DNA of 31,100 nucleotides from Escherichia coli (GCF_003334765.1 NZ_QOWT01000040.1); one strand, 5' to 3'. Shown: positions 8,222-21,264, numbered from the stretch's first letter. Notes: generated by a model not told the origin, from the letters alone. Numbers and translations are program-made.

Positions 8222-8501
8222 AATTGCCGTTGAGGTGGCTTATGCGCTACCTGAGAAGCAGTACCTGCAGCGAGTGACGCTGCAGGAGGGCGCGACGGTT
8301 GAAGAAGCTATTCGCGCCAGTGGCTTGCTGGAATTGCGTACCGATATCGATTTAACTAAAAACAAAGTCGGCATTTACAGCCGTCCGGCAAAACTAAGCG
8401 ATAGTGTGCATGATGGCGATCGGGTGGAGATTTATCGCCCTCTCATTGCCGATCCGAAAGAGCTTCGCAGGCAACGAGCAGAAAAATCAGCGAATAAATA
8501 A
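8211..8501 (+). CDS. ratB: RatB / UPF0125 protein (96 aa), GTG start overlapping the ratA 3' end
   Basis: The track ORF 8127-8501 contains [20 protein letters not shown]...; the GTG at 8211 gives the 96-aa product. Confidence 0.75.
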
Positions 8502-8508
8502 CAGACAG

Positions 8509-8538
8509 AAAAAAGGTGCTCATTGAGCACCTTTTTTA
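8509..8538. terminator. Bidirectional intrinsic terminator between convergent ratB and bamE
   Basis: A-run, 8-bp stem AGGTGCTC/GAGCACCT with 3-nt loop, then T-run. Confidence 0.7.
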
Positions 8539-8562
8539 ACGTCTTTGAGAGCAACTTTATTA

Positions 8563-8904
8563 TTAGTTACCACTCAGCGCAGGTTTGTTATCAATATTGG
8601 TCAACACACCGCTACTGTTAAAGGTCAGCGTCAGCGTTTGCTGAGTTACACCTTCATGACCTGGTTGCTGGCGGAAGACATAGAACCAGGTATTCGTACC
8701 AAATGGATCGGACATCAGCGGTGTACCCAATGCGTACGCAACTTGTTGTTGCGTCATGCCAACACGTATTTTGGATACGTCGTTAGCGGTCAGATAGTTC
8801 CCCTGGTTGATGTCAGGACGGTAAACCACTCGCTCCAGAGTGGAACAGCCTGCGGTCAACATCAATAGTACTGCTGCTGCAGCAGTCAGCGTTTTACAGC
8901 GCAT
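8563..8904 (-). CDS. bamE: Outer membrane assembly lipoprotein BamE (113 aa)
   Basis: Recognised translation with lipoprotein signal (LTAGCSTL). Confidence 0.9.
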
Positions 8905-9052
8905 AGTGATTTGATTCCTTTTCGGGCCCGAGCAGTACGTGGCTCATCTGTAATATGCCGATGATAATAGACCTTTCATCACTTTAAAACCTTTTGCTTT
9001 CCGGTCTTACGGCGTTTTGCTGTTTACTCTGACCGTGAAGCAGGAAAAAAGT

Positions 9053-10714
9053 TTACGCTGCAAGCAGTTCTTTCGCATTCGCCAGTGTATTACGTGTGAC
9101 TTCACTGCCACCAAGCAGGCGCGCCAGCTCTTGTAACCGCGCTTTTTTATTCAGGGATTGCATATGCGTTTCTGTCATCGCACCATCGGTTTCTTTGCTG
9201 ACAAAATAGTGTTGATGACCACATCCCGCGACTTGTGGCAGGTGGGTAACACACATCACCTGAGTTGATTCGCCGAGTTGACGCAGCAGTTTGCCGACAA
9301 CTGCCGCTGTTGGACCGCTAATCCCTACATCCACTTCATCAAAAATCAGTGCCGGGGTTTCCATTTTACGCGCCGTGATGACCTGGATTGCCAGTGCGAT
9401 GCGGGACAATTCACCACCGGATGCGACTTTGGCAATAGGCTGCATTGGCTGACCTGGGTTGGTGGTTACCCGAAACTCAATACGATCGGCACCGTCAGCG
9501 CCCAGGTGATGCTCGTCAAATTTAACATCGATCGTAAACTGCCCATGCGGCATTGAGAGCGCATGCATACTGTCGGTGATCAGCTGTGCAAGTTCTTCTG
9601 CATATTGCTGGCGTTGTTGGTGTAATGCGCGCGCGATTTCCAGTGCCTGCTGATGATGTTTCGTTACCGCCAGCGCAAGCGTTTCTTGTGAGTCGGCCTG
9701 ATCGTCCAGTTGCTGCTGTTCTTCCAGTAGCGACTGGTAATACTGTGGCAATGCCTCAGGGCTGACGTGATGTTTACGTGCCAGCGAAATCTGTTTTGAG
9801 ATGCGCTGTTCAAGTTCAAATAGTCGGTTGGGATCGAGATCCAGACGATCGCAGTAGTGGCGCAGTTCATCGCTGGCTTCAGCAATCTGGATGGTAGCTT
9901 CTTCCAGCATATCAAGTACGCCGGACAGTTTGCTGTCCATGCCAATCAATTCGCTCACCAGTTGTTTAGCCGTGTAAAGCTGACTTTGCAGGTTTGCGTC
10001 TTCACCGTCGGCCATTAATGCCAATGCATTCTGGCTGGTGGTCAGCAATTGACCGCTGTTCGCCAGACGTTTGTACTCTTCGTCGATTTGTTCAAACTCT
10101 CCGGGCTGCGGATTAAATTCGTTAAGTTCTTTTAATTGGTATTGCAGCAGTTCCGCACGGGCGGCGCGTTCCTGACTTAACTGTTGATGATGCGCGAGGT
10201 CACGGCAGCTTTGATGCCACAACTGATAACGTGCGGTCATTTCCTGCAGTAGAGAGGTTTCATTGGCATAGCCATCAAGCAGGAATTTTTGGTGCTCAGG
10301 TTTGGTGAGTAATTGATGAGCGTGCTGACCATGGATCTGAATCAGCAACTGACCCAGTTCGCGCAGTTGTGACAGAGGAACAGCTGTACCGTTGATGAAA
10401 CCACGGGAGCGACCATCGCTGCTGATCACGCGACGAAGCAAACATTCATGCCCGTCTTCAAGCTGGTTTTCTTCCAGCCAGCGCAGAGCCGCTGGCGTAT
10501 CTTTCAGAGAAAAACGGGCGCACAGGTCAGCGCGAGCAGCGCCGGTACGCACCATGTCGGCTTCAGCGCGACCACCGAGACAAAGACCGAGGGCATCTAT
10601 TGCAATAGATTTACCCGCGCCGGTCTCGCCAGTTATTACGGTCATGCCGCTATGAAAATCAATCTCAAGCTCACGAACGATAGCAAAGTTGCTGATGGTC
10701 AGTTGTGCCAACAT
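9053..10714 (-). CDS. recN: DNA repair protein RecN (553 aa)
   Basis: Recognised translation; N-terminal Walker A (GETGAGKS); SMC-like coiled-coil middle region. Confidence 0.93.
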
Positions 10715-10740
10715 AGTCGTTTTCCTGTATGAAAAACCAT

Positions 10741-10782
10741 TACTGTTATTGTGTACAGTATAAACTGGTTTTATATACAGTA
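10741..10782 (-). promoter_or_regulatory. Two tandem LexA (SOS) boxes in the recN promoter region
   Basis: TACTGTTATTGTGTACAGTA (10741-10760) and TAAACTGGTTTTATATACAGTA (10761-10782) fit the CTGT-N8-ACAG consensus, just upstream of recN. Confidence 0.75.
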
Positions 10783-10799
10783 AAGAGGCTGGCGTAAAA

Positions 10800-11678
10800 T
10801 TAGAATAATTTTTTTGACCAGCCGAGCTTGGTGCTTAATGTGTTGAAATAACTGTAATCTTTCGGATGAATCAGATTCAGATGGTAATCACAGCGACGAA
10901 TCAGGACATCTTCACCTTCCTGAATCGGCAGTGCTATCTGGCTGTCGCAACTGATTTCCAGGTCGTTACGGCGATGCGAAAAACGCAGACGGATCGTGCT
11001 GCTGCTGTTTATGACCAGTGGTCGTGCTGACAACGTATGCGGGAACATGGGCACCAGGGTAATCGCATCCAGAGAGGGGGTCAGAATAGGACCGCCTGCA
11101 GAGAGGGAATAGGCGGTGGAGCCTGTTGGCGTCGAAATAATTAGTCCATCAGATCGCTGAGAAAACGCAAAGATCTCGTCGATATACACTTCGAACTCAA
11201 TCATATGCGCCACTTTGCCTGGATGAAGCACCACTTCATTTATCGCGGTGCTGATGCGTTTCTGGCAATCTTGCTGACAGACTTGCGCTTCCAGCAAAAA
11301 ACGTTTCTCGCTGATGTAGTGGCCTTCCAGCACATCGGCTAACTGTTGCTGGGCGTTATCGGGGTCAAGGTCAGTCAGGAAACCCAGGTTGCCACGGTTG
11401 ATTCCAATAACTTTAATATCGTAACGGGCGAGTGTGCGTGCCGCGCCCAGCATATTACCGTCGCCACCAACGACTACCGCGAGATCAGCTAGTTGCCCAA
11501 TCTCCGCGAGCGTGCCAGTTTTCACATTCTTCAGTTGCAGTTCGTGAGCGATTTGTTGCTCAACGATGACCTCGTAACCTTTTGTGCACAGCCAGCGGTA
11601 GAGCATTTCATGTGTTGTCAGTGCAGTGGGGTGCCGTGGGTGTCCCACAATGCCAATACACTTGAAATGATTATTCAT
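10800..11678 (-). CDS. nadK: NAD kinase NadK (292 aa)
   Basis: Recognised translation; GGDG motif; synteny. Confidence 0.9.
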
Positions 11679-11724
11679 TTTTCCGAGGTCCTTGTTGCGA
11701 AGATTGATGACAATGTGAGTGCTT

Positions 11725-11755
11725 CCCTTGAAACCCTGAAACTGATCCCCATAAT
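11725..11755 (+). promoter_or_regulatory. Sigma-32 heat-shock promoter of grpE
   Basis: CCCTTGAAA, 13-bp spacer, CCCCATAAT, about 45 bp upstream of the grpE ATG. Confidence 0.75.
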
Positions 11756-11767
11756 AAGCGAAGTTAG

Positions 11768-12394
<627 letters not shown>

Positions 12395-12448
12395 TTTCTG
12401 CTTTCGTAATAATTCACGGCCCTGCATGCGAATGCCGGGCCGTTTTCG

Positions 12449-13711
12449 TTACTCCGCCACACTCTCGCGCAGCGGTTTCACAGGAAAAACTTTTACCTGC
12501 TTAATCATATTGTCCTGTACGTCGAGAATATCGATATCGTACTCGCCAATACGCACGCGGGTGCCTGCGACAGGGATCTCTTCCAGTGCCTCAAGAATGA
12601 CGCCATTAACCGTGCGGGCATCATCTTCCGGTAGATGCCAGTTAAAGGCTTTGTTGATTTCCCGCACGTTGGCGGTGCCATCGATAATCACCGAACCGTC
12701 GTTTTGCGGCGTGACCTCTTCGGCAAGTGTTGGCGACATCGACGTAGTGAAATCGCCGACAATCTCTTCCAGAATATCTTCAACCGTCACCAGCCCCTGA
12801 ATGTCTCCATACTCGTTGACGACCAGGCCGACTTTCTTTTTGTTGCGCTGAAACTTTACCAACTGCGTGCTGAGCGGCGTACCTTCCGGCACAAAATAGA
12901 TCTCGTCCGCGGCGCGCAGCATGGTTTCTTTGGTGAACTCTTTTTTCTCCGACATCAACCGCCAGGCTTCACGTACTCGCAGCATACTGATGGCGTCGTC
13001 CAGCGAATCACGGTAGAGCACGATGCGCCCGTGAGGTGAGTGGGAGAGTTGGCGCAGAATCGATTTCCAGTCATCGTTGATATCAATACCGATAATTTCA
13101 CTGCGCGGCACCATGATGTCATCAACGGTCATTTTTTCCAGATCGAGCACCGACAGCAGCATATCCTGATTGCGACGGGAAATTTGTGAGCGTGATTCGT
13201 GCACGATAGTGCGCAACTCTTCTTTGCTCAAAGAGCCGCTAACCACGATATCGGTTTTGATACCCATCATGCGCATCAGCATACGGGTGATAGCATTCAG
13301 CAACCAGACCAGCGGCATCATCAAAATTTGCAGCGGAGCCAGCAGAAAACTACTCGGATAAGCGACTTTTTCCGGGTACAGCGCGGCAATGGTTTTCGGC
13401 AATACCTCAGCAAATACCAGTACGACAAAAGTCAGCACACCAGTCGCAATTGCCACGCCCGCATCGCCGTACAAACGCATCCCAACAATAGTGCCGAGCG
13501 CGGAGGCAAGAATATTGACCAGGTTATTGCCGATTAACACCAGGCTTATCAGGCGGTCTGGCTTACGCAGCAATTTTTCGACGCGTTTGGCCGAGCGATT
13601 ACCCTGTTTCGCCATATGTCGCAGACGATAGCGGTTGAGGGTCATCATTCCGGTTTCGGACCCGGAAAAATAGGCTGAAATGACCACCATGATGATCAGA
13701 ATAATGATCAA
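12449..13711 (-). CDS. corB: CNNM-family inner membrane protein CorB/YfjD (DUF21-CBS-CorC_HlyC); start uncertain by a few codons
   Basis: Recognised translation and synteny. The track ORF begins at a TTG; the in-frame upstream extension (EHISTTT) has no ATG, so the true start is unresolved. Confidence 0.8.
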   Translation of the reverse strand: MIIILIIMVVISAYFSGSETGMMTLNRYRLRHMAKQGNRSAKRVEKLLRKPDRLISLVLIGNNLVNILASALGTIVGMRLYGDAGVAIATGVLTFVVLVFAEVLPKTIAALYPEKVAYPSSFLLAPLQILMMPLVWLLNAITRMLMRMMGIKTDIVVSGSLSKEELRTIVHESRSQISRRNQDMLLSVLDLEKMTVDDIMVPRSEIIGIDINDDWKSILRQLSHSPHGRIVLYRDSLDDAISMLRVREAWRLMSEKKEFTKETMLRAADEIYFVPEGTPLSTQLVKFQRNKKKVGLVVNEYGDIQGLVTVEDILEEIVGDFTTSMSPTLAEEVTPQNDGSVIIDGTANVREINKAFNWHLPEDDARTVNGVILEALEEIPVAGTRVRIGEYDIDILDVQDNMIKQVKVFPVKPLRESVAE

Positions 13712-13755
13712 CGTAGTAGTAGAAATGTGTTCCAGGGGAAACTCCTTTTCTGGGT

Positions 13756-14547
13756 TTAGCTGATTAACTGCTGGACAATTCGGCTGCCGAAGTAGGCCAG
13801 TGTCAGAATTACCGCGCCCGCAACGTTAAACCAGACGACGCGGCGTCCACGCCATCCTTCATGATAATGTCCCCACAGCAGCACAATATAGACAAACCAC
13901 GCCACGATAGAGAGCACAGCCTTGTCGATATTTTCCATGCTAAATAAGTTGTGCATGTAGAACAGGCCAGTGCAAAGCGTGAGCGTTAGCAGCACCACGC
14001 CAATCTGCGTGATGTGGAACATTTTACGCTCGATACTCATCAATGGCGGCATTTCCTGGTTAAACGCCAGCTTCTTGTTCTTCAGTTGGTAATCAATCCA
14101 CGCCAGTTGCAGCGCGTACAGGGCGGCGATAATTAGCGTGGCATAGGAAAAGAGCGATAAGCCAATGTGCACCAGCATCCCAGGCGTAGCTTCCAGATGG
14201 GTGATGTATTCATTGGGCATGAAGGTTGCCAGCGCCAGGTTGATAAGCGCAAAGGCATAGACAATGGGTAGCAGCAGCCAGCCACGATTGCGAGAAGCCA
14301 CAATGGTCATTACCGTACAGATCATCAAACTGACCAATGAACCAACGTTCAGCAGGCTGAGGTTTTGTCCGCTATCACCGTCGGGCAGGATGCGGGCTTC
14401 CAGAGCGATTGCGTGGCAGACCAGCGCAATGACCGCAGAAATAATAGCCATGCGCCGCCAGCCGCCGTTTTTTTGCAGCAGACCGGGAACAATCAGCGCA
14501 AGACTGACGGAGTAGGCGACAAGCGCGAGCAGAGCAAAAACGGGCAT
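13756..14547 (-). CDS. ypjD: Inner membrane protein YpjD (263 aa from MPVFALLALVAY)
   Basis: Polytopic membrane protein; synteny. The track ORF extends 25 codons further upstream to 14622. Confidence 0.8.
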   Translation of the reverse strand: MPVFALLALVAYSVSLALIVPGLLQKNGGWRRMAIISAVIALVCHAIALEARILPDGDSGQNLSLLNVGSLVSLMICTVMTIVASRNRGWLLLPIVYAFALINLALATFMPNEYITHLEATPGMLVHIGLSLFSYATLIIAALYALQLAWIDYQLKNKKLAFNQEMPPLMSIERKMFHITQIGVVLLTLTLCTGLFYMHNLFSMENIDKAVLSIVAWFVYIVLLWGHYHEGWRGRRVVWFNVAGAVILTLAYFGSRIVQQLIS

Positions 14548-14713
14548 AGTGATGTCGACAGTTTGAGCAATAAGAAAGAGAAGCAGTATAGCGTCAGGTG
14601 AACGCTGCTCCAACCGTTGCATAACAACAAAGACGCCTTCATGTTATACTGCGGCAAAATACTGATGATGTGTCGCGATTGCGGCCAACCGTTTCCACCC
14701 CAGGCGAGAGACA

Positions 14714-16075
14714 ATGTTTGATAATTTAACCGATCGTTTGTCGCGCACGCTGCGCAATATCAGTGGCCGTGGACGCCTCACTGAAGACAACGTAAAAGAT
14801 ACGCTGCGCGAAGTGCGCATGGCGCTGCTGGAGGCGGACGTAGCTCTGCCGGTAGTGCGTGAGTTTATCAATCGCGTAAAAGAGAAAGCGGTTGGTCATG
14901 AAGTTAATAAGAGCCTGACGCCGGGGCAGGAGTTCGTCAAAATAGTCCGTAACGAACTGGTTGCGGCGATGGGCGAAGAGAACCAGACCCTGAACCTGGC
15001 TGCGCAACCGCCTGCGGTCGTACTGATGGCGGGCCTGCAAGGTGCCGGTAAAACAACCAGCGTTGGTAAACTCGGTAAGTTCCTGCGCGAGAAGCACAAG
15101 AAGAAAGTGCTGGTGGTTTCTGCCGACGTTTATCGCCCGGCGGCAATCAAACAGCTTGAGACGCTGGCAGAGCAGGTGGGCGTTGATTTCTTCCCTTCTG
15201 ATGTTGGTCAGAAGCCGGTAGATATCGTTAACGCGGCGCTGAAAGAAGCCAAACTGAAATTCTACGACGTGCTGCTGGTGGATACCGCTGGTCGTCTGCA
15301 CGTTGACGAAGCGATGATGGACGAGATCAAACAAGTCCATGCGTCGATTAACCCGGTTGAAACCCTGTTTGTGGTTGACGCCATGACCGGTCAGGATGCG
15401 GCCAATACGGCAAAAGCATTCAATGAAGCGTTACCGCTTACCGGCGTAGTGTTGACCAAAGTGGACGGCGATGCCCGCGGCGGTGCGGCGCTCTCTATTC
15501 GTCACATCACTGGCAAACCGATCAAGTTCCTCGGTGTTGGCGAGAAAACTGAGGCGCTGGAGCCGTTCCATCCGGACCGCATCGCGTCGCGTATTCTCGG
15601 CATGGGCGACGTACTGTCGCTGATCGAAGATATCGAAAGCAAAGTTGACCGCGCGCAGGCAGAGAAATTAGCCAGCAAGCTGAAAAAAGGTGACGGCTTC
15701 GATCTCAACGACTTTCTTGAGCAGCTGCGCCAGATGAAAAATATGGGCGGCATGGCTAGTCTGATGGGCAAGCTGCCGGGCATGGGGCAGATCCCGGATA
15801 ACGTCAAGTCACAGATGGACGATAAAGTGCTGGTGCGTATGGAAGCCATCATCAACTCGATGACGATGAAAGAGCGCGCTAAGCCAGAAATCATCAAAGG
15901 TTCGCGTAAACGCCGTATTGCTGCCGGTTGCGGTATGCAGGTGCAGGACGTTAACCGTCTTCTGAAACAGTTCGACGACATGCAGCGCATGATGAAGAAA
16001 ATGAAGAAGGGCGGAATGGCGAAGATGATGAGAAGCATGAAGGGTATGATGCCCCCAGGCTTCCCTGGTCGCTAA
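14714..16075 (+). CDS. ffh: Signal recognition particle protein Ffh (453 aa)
   Basis: GTPase motifs (GLQGAGKTT, DTAGR) and Met-rich C-terminal M domain. Confidence 0.95.
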   Translation: MFDNLTDRLSRTLRNISGRGRLTEDNVKDTLREVRMALLEADVALPVVREFINRVKEKAVGHEVNKSLTPGQEFVKIVRNELVAAMGEENQTLNLAAQPPAVVLMAGLQGAGKTTSVGKLGKFLREKHKKKVLVVSADVYRPAAIKQLETLAEQVGVDFFPSDVGQKPVDIVNAALKEAKLKFYDVLLVDTAGRLHVDEAMMDEIKQVHASINPVETLFVVDAMTGQDAANTAKAFNEALPLTGVVLTKVDGDARGGAALSIRHITGKPIKFLGVGEKTEALEPFHPDRIASRILGMGDVLSLIEDIESKVDRAQAEKLASKLKKGDGFDLNDFLEQLRQMKNMGGMASLMGKLPGMGQIPDNVKSQMDDKVLVRMEAIINSMTMKERAKPEIIKGSRKRRIAAGCGMQVQDVNRLLKQFDDMQRMMKKMKKGGMAKMMRSMKGMMPPGFPGR

Positions 16076-16245
16076 TCGGCCTGGCTTGTTTGCCATTTTG
16101 GCACCGGGATGTGCTCGTCATCCTCACGTACTGCGTGTACGCTCCGGTGACTGCGCGCACTCCGGCACCAAACTGGCTGCACCGCCGACGGCCTTTTACA
16201 GCAGAGTTAGCAACTGTTGATTGCAATTCCCGCAAAAATGAGTAA

Positions 16246-16572
<327 letters not shown>

Positions 16573-16590
16573 TCTGTCACGGTGGTCATG

Positions 16591-17139
16591 ATGAGCAAAC
16601 AACTCACCGCGCAAGCACCTGTTGATCCCATCGTTTTGGGAAAAATGGGTTCGTCTTACGGTATTCGTGGGTGGCTCAGAGTGTTTTCTTCCACCGAAGA
16701 CGCCGAAAGCATTTTTGACTATCAGCCCTGGTTTATCCAGAAGGCGGGTCAGTGGCAGCAAGTCCAGCTGGAAAGCTGGAAGCACCACAATCAGGACATG
16801 ATCATCAAGCTGAAAGGCGTTGACGATCGTGATGCGGCGAACCTGCTGACGAATTGTGAAATTGTCGTGGATTCATCGCAGCTGCCTCAGCTTGAAGAGG
16901 GGGACTACTACTGGAAAGACCTGATGGGCTGCCAGGTAGTAACCACTGAAGGCTACGATCTCGGTAAAGTCGTCGATATGATGGAAACCGGATCTAATGA
17001 CGTTCTCGTCATTAAGGCAAACCTGAAAGATGCGTTTGGTATCAAGGAACGTCTCGTACCGTTCCTCGATGGGCAGGTTATCAAGAAAGTCGATCTCACT
17101 ACTCGTTCAATCGAAGTAGATTGGGATCCTGGTTTTTAA
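16591..17139 (+). CDS. rimM: Ribosome maturation factor RimM (182 aa)
   Basis: [31 protein letters not shown]...; operon position. Confidence 0.9.
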
Positions 17140-17169
17140 ACCACCGGATAAACGGTAAAAGACGGCGCT

Positions 17170-17937
17170 ATGTGGATTGGCATAATTAGCCTGTTTCCTG
17201 AAATGTTCCGCGCAATTACCGATTACGGGGTAACTGGCCGGGCAGTTAAAAATGGCCTGCTGAGCATCCAGAGCTGGAGTCCTCGCGACTTCACGCATGA
17301 CCGGCACCGTACCGTGGACGATCGTCCTTACGGCGGCGGACCGGGGATGTTAATGATGGTGCAACCCTTGCGGGACGCCATTCATGCAGCAAAAGCCGCG
17401 GCGGGTGAAGGCGCAAAGGTGATTTATCTGTCACCACAGGGACGCAAGCTTGATCAAGCGGGCGTCAGCGAACTGGCAACGAATCAAAAATTGATTCTGG
17501 TGTGCGGTCGCTACGAAGGTATAGATGAGCGCGTGATCCAAACCGAAATTGACGAAGAATGGTCAATCGGCGATTACGTTCTCAGTGGTGGTGAGTTACC
17601 AGCAATGACGCTGATTGACTCCGTTTCCCGGTTTATTCCGGGAGTACTGGGACATGAAGCCTCGGCAACGGAAGATTCCTTTGCTGAAGGATTGCTGGAT
17701 TGCCCGCACTATACGCGGCCTGAGGTGTTAGAAGGGATGGAAGTTCCGCCAGTGTTACTGTCGGGCAACCATGCCGAGATACGTCGCTGGCGTTTGAAAC
17801 AGTCGCTGGGCCGTACCTGGCTTAGAAGACCTGAACTTCTGGAAAACCTGGCTCTGACTGAAGAGCAAGCAAGGTTGCTGGCGGAGTTCAAAACGGAACA
17901 CGCACAACAGCAACATAAACATGATGGGATGGCGTAA
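17170..17937 (+). CDS. trmD: tRNA (guanine37-N1)-methyltransferase TrmD (255 aa)
   Basis: Recognised translation; operon position. Confidence 0.93.
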
Positions 17938-17975
17938 GCCCCCGAGATATCAGTTTACCCAGGATAAGAGATTAA

Positions 17976-18326
<351 letters not shown>

Positions 18327-18354
18327 GATTTCGCTTAAGCGACATCCTGTTAAG

Positions 18355-18386
18355 AAGGGCTGGCCAATTGGCTGGCCCTTTTTTAT
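18355..18386 (+). terminator. Intrinsic terminator of the rpsP-rimM-trmD-rplS operon
   Basis: GC-rich stem-loop (GGGCTGGCC-AATT-GGCTGGCCC, two wobble pairs) followed by TTTTTT. Confidence 0.75.
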
Positions 18387-18401
18387 CTGTTTGCTGGTGT
18401 T

Positions 18402-18884
18402 TTAAGGGGTAGTAATCACCACTGCGACGCGGCGGTTCTCGGCGCGGCCCTGGGCGGTCTTGTTACTGGCTATGGGATATTTTTTTCCTAAACCCTGTGT
18501 GGTGAGATTGCTGCGTGGAATTTGTCCACCCATAGCCCATGCATCGGCCACGACATTCGCCCGTTTCAATGATAAGCCTTCGTTGTAACTGTCTTCACCA
18601 TAGTTATCGGTGTGTCCATCCATACGGGCATGTGTTAGCCCTGTCGAGGCCAATTTAGCTGCCATGGTTTGGATCTGTTGCTGGCTTTCCGGGAGCAATT
18701 TGTAGTCATTTTTTGCGAACAGAATGGCATCTGATAAGCCCAGCGACCAGTCGCCGGCGGATTCAGTAAATCCATAAGATTGCATAGCGGCGACTTGCTC
18801 AGGAGTAAACTTTCCCTGAGGGGACTGGCAGCCAGTCAGTATTAGTGAGGTGAAAACCAGGGGTGCTACCAGGTGCTTTATCAT
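18402..18884 (-). CDS. yfiB: OmpA-like outer membrane lipoprotein YfiB (160 aa)
   Basis: Lipoprotein signal (LILTGCQSP) and OmpA-like C-terminal region; synteny. Confidence 0.88.
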   Translation of the reverse strand: MIKHLVAPLVFTSLILTGCQSPQGKFTPEQVAAMQSYGFTESAGDWSLGLSDAILFAKNDYKLLPESQQQIQTMAAKLASTGLTHARMDGHTDNYGEDSYNEGLSLKRANVVADAWAMGGQIPRSNLTTQGLGKKYPIASNKTAQGRAENRRVAVVITTP

Positions 18885-18899
18885 ATCGATATATCCTTG

Positions 18900-20126
18900 T
18901 TATCTCACCAGCTTTTCGGCACGCTGGTGTTTGGCCTGATACATATTGTGATCGGCAAGCTCTTGTAATTTTTCCGCAGAGGCGTGCTCAATGGTCATCG
19001 CGTAACCAATGCTTAATGTCATGGTGGTCTGATGGCCATTATGAAGATCAAACGGGAGATTAAAGATTTGTGTCAGTGCTGAACATATCTGCTGCACTTC
19101 AGATTCCGACTGTACATCATAGAGCACCATAGCGAATTCATCGCCGCCCAGGCGGTATGCTTTATGTCGCAGCCCGCCAAATTCAGCTAACCGTTTTGCG
19201 ATTTCAATCAAGACTCTATCGCCCGTCGCATGACCCCAGGTATCATTGATGTATTTGAAATTATCGCCATCAAGAAATAGTAACGCCGACGTTTTTCGGG
19301 CATCGGAATTGTTCATCAACGTGTTGATGCCGCTACGAAACGCTGCGCGGTTAGCCAGCCCGGTTAATGGGTCATGTAGCGCGGTACGTAGAAGCTGCGC
19401 ATTTTTAGCCTGTAAACGAAGCTGCCACTCTTCCATTTCATCCAGCAGACTGTTGAAGTCGAGAGCGAAGCGGTGAAACTCAGCGATACGTTCTTCCGAA
19501 ACTCGTCGGGAAAAATTGCGGTTGGAACGCACATCATGTACGACATCGGTGATATTTTTCAGCGCTTCTACCAGGCCATTGTGCAAATGGCGGGTGAGGG
19601 TAATTGCGATGCCTGATGCTAGCAGAATACAACCGGTCAGTACGGCGAGCGAAAACCAGATAAAATGGCTGATTGAACTGTCGCGAGCGGTTAAGCGTAC
19701 TTCGCCAATGGTTTCACCATTGTGACGAATCGGCTGAATGATGGGGGCAGGGAAGAGCCAGTGGCTTATGAAATTACTGAAAGTATCGCCTGGATCCTTA
19801 CGGGTGTAATGCCAGGATGCCAGAATATTTTGCTGCTTATCACGTACTTCTGCAGTTGAAAATTGCCCTTGCTGGCCCAGCGCTGCCAGTGTTTCAGTTG
19901 CTGCAGGGCCATCGGCAAAAACGACAGCTGCTTCCAGACTGTAAGTCATTGTTGCTGCTGTCAGTGCCAGGTTTTTTTGCGCGTACTGTTTCAGGGTCAG
20001 CACCGAGGTCACGGAAAGCAGCAACCAGATCAGCATCATAGTGATAAATATGCTGGTCATACTGATGTTGCGTAATGCTCTTTTAAACGTGGGGCGCTTA
20101 TTAAGAGAATTATCGTTATCCATCAT
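18900..20126 (-). CDS. dgcN: Diguanylate cyclase DgcN/YfiN (408 aa)
   Basis: Transmembrane N-terminus; GGDEF motif ([12 protein letters not shown]). Confidence 0.9.
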
Positions 20127-20634
20127 TTTTCTTCCGTGCGAGCATTAAGACATCCGGGTTGACCTTTACACCGCTACGCGATAAGGCATCCAGGTTTACG
20201 GCAAATCTGACGTCATTATTGTGGATGATCAGACAAAAGGCGCTACCAATAATGCACTCGGTATTTTGTTCGGCAATTAATAATAACGCCTTTGACGGAT
20301 ATTGTTCGGTTAATTCCATCTGGAATGTCGGTGACTCGTTGCCAAAATAAAAACCATTGCAGCCTGAAATCATCGCCTCTTGTTGAGTGTGAATGATGAC
20401 AGGCAGATAAGGCAAAGATGTCGCGGCATTCTCTTGTAGGGCGGTACTAAAACGTGAAGATGAAAAGATACATAACTTTGGTGGCCCTGATAGCGCAGGC
20501 CAGCGGGTGTAACTGACAATACCGGAAACCATCATACGCACGTTTTTCGCAACGTCAGAAGGCTCCTGAGCGAGTATTGGTGCTCCCGTCAGCAGGAGAA
20601 TCAGAAGTAAGAACAGTCGGTGAGAAAAACGCAT
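20116..20634 (-). CDS. yfiR: Periplasmic DgcN repressor YfiR (172 aa)
   Basis: Signal peptide; synteny; 11-nt overlap with the dgcN start. Confidence 0.85.
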
Positions 20635-20783
20635 TCAGGGATCCCCACCATCTTCGCTCGAAATGCATCGATATTTTTTCAGAATGCTCATTAAAATATC
20701 ATTTTTTCATGCGACCGTCATCAATGTGAGAAATAAAACACAATGAGTAAAATCTTATGTTTAATTTATTTGTGGGGTTTTAA

Positions 20784-21149
20784 TTAATTTAATCGTATTG
20801 TGCTGGCATTTTCATCAGCCCCTTTTTGCCATACTTCATGCAGTTGGCTGGCATTTTCAACATTGTTGCAGCTGGCAGGAAAGCTTTTACCGGAAAGTCC
20901 TCGGGCATAAGTAAAATCGGTCTGGCAAGTTTTCTTTTGTCCTTCGGCATATCCTTTAAGGTATAGACCGCGATCCGCCTGTGAATCGCTAAATGCATCG
21001 TCATCTTTTATGGCGCTGCCCGATATCGCATCTTCCATACCGACATCATACCAGTCGGTGCTGGTCAAGGTTGGCGCGTGAGTATAAGGATCAATCTGAC
21101 ATCCGCTAACCAGTAAAGCCAACAAGGGGGCGATAAACTTTTTCATCAT
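20784..21149 (-). CDS. yfiL: Lipoprotein YfiL (121 aa from MMKKFIAPLLALLVSGCQ)
   Basis: Lipobox; synteny; the track ORF extends 13 codons upstream to 21188. Confidence 0.75.
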   Translation of the reverse strand: MMKKFIAPLLALLVSGCQIDPYTHAPTLTSTDWYDVGMEDAISGSAIKDDDAFSDSQADRGLYLKGYAEGQKKTCQTDFTYARGLSGKSFPASCNNVENASQLHEVWQKGADENASTIRLN

Positions 21150-21194
21150 TTCTTTCTCCTTTTTCAAAGCATAGCGGATTGTTTTCAAAGGGAG

Positions 21195-21264
21195 TGTAAA
21201 TTTATATATACAGAGGTAAGGGTTGAAAGCGCGACTAAATTGCCTGTGTAAATAAAAATGTACG
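21195..21264 (+). promoter_or_regulatory. aroF promoter region with TyrR boxes
   Basis: TGTAAATTTATATATACA (21195-21212) and TGTAAATAAAAATGTACG (21247-21264) match the TGTAAA-N6-TTTACA TyrR consensus upstream of aroF. Confidence 0.65.

Noticed and set aside
12449-13735. Upstream extension of corB/yfjD to give a longer product
   Set aside because: The in-frame upstream codons (EHISTTT) are preceded by CTG and no ATG; I cannot decide the true start from sequence alone, so the track coordinates were kept and the uncertainty flagged.
14726-16038. Antisense ORFs (204 aa and 178 aa) within ffh
   Set aside because: Overlap the ffh coding sequence on the opposite strand with no supporting features.
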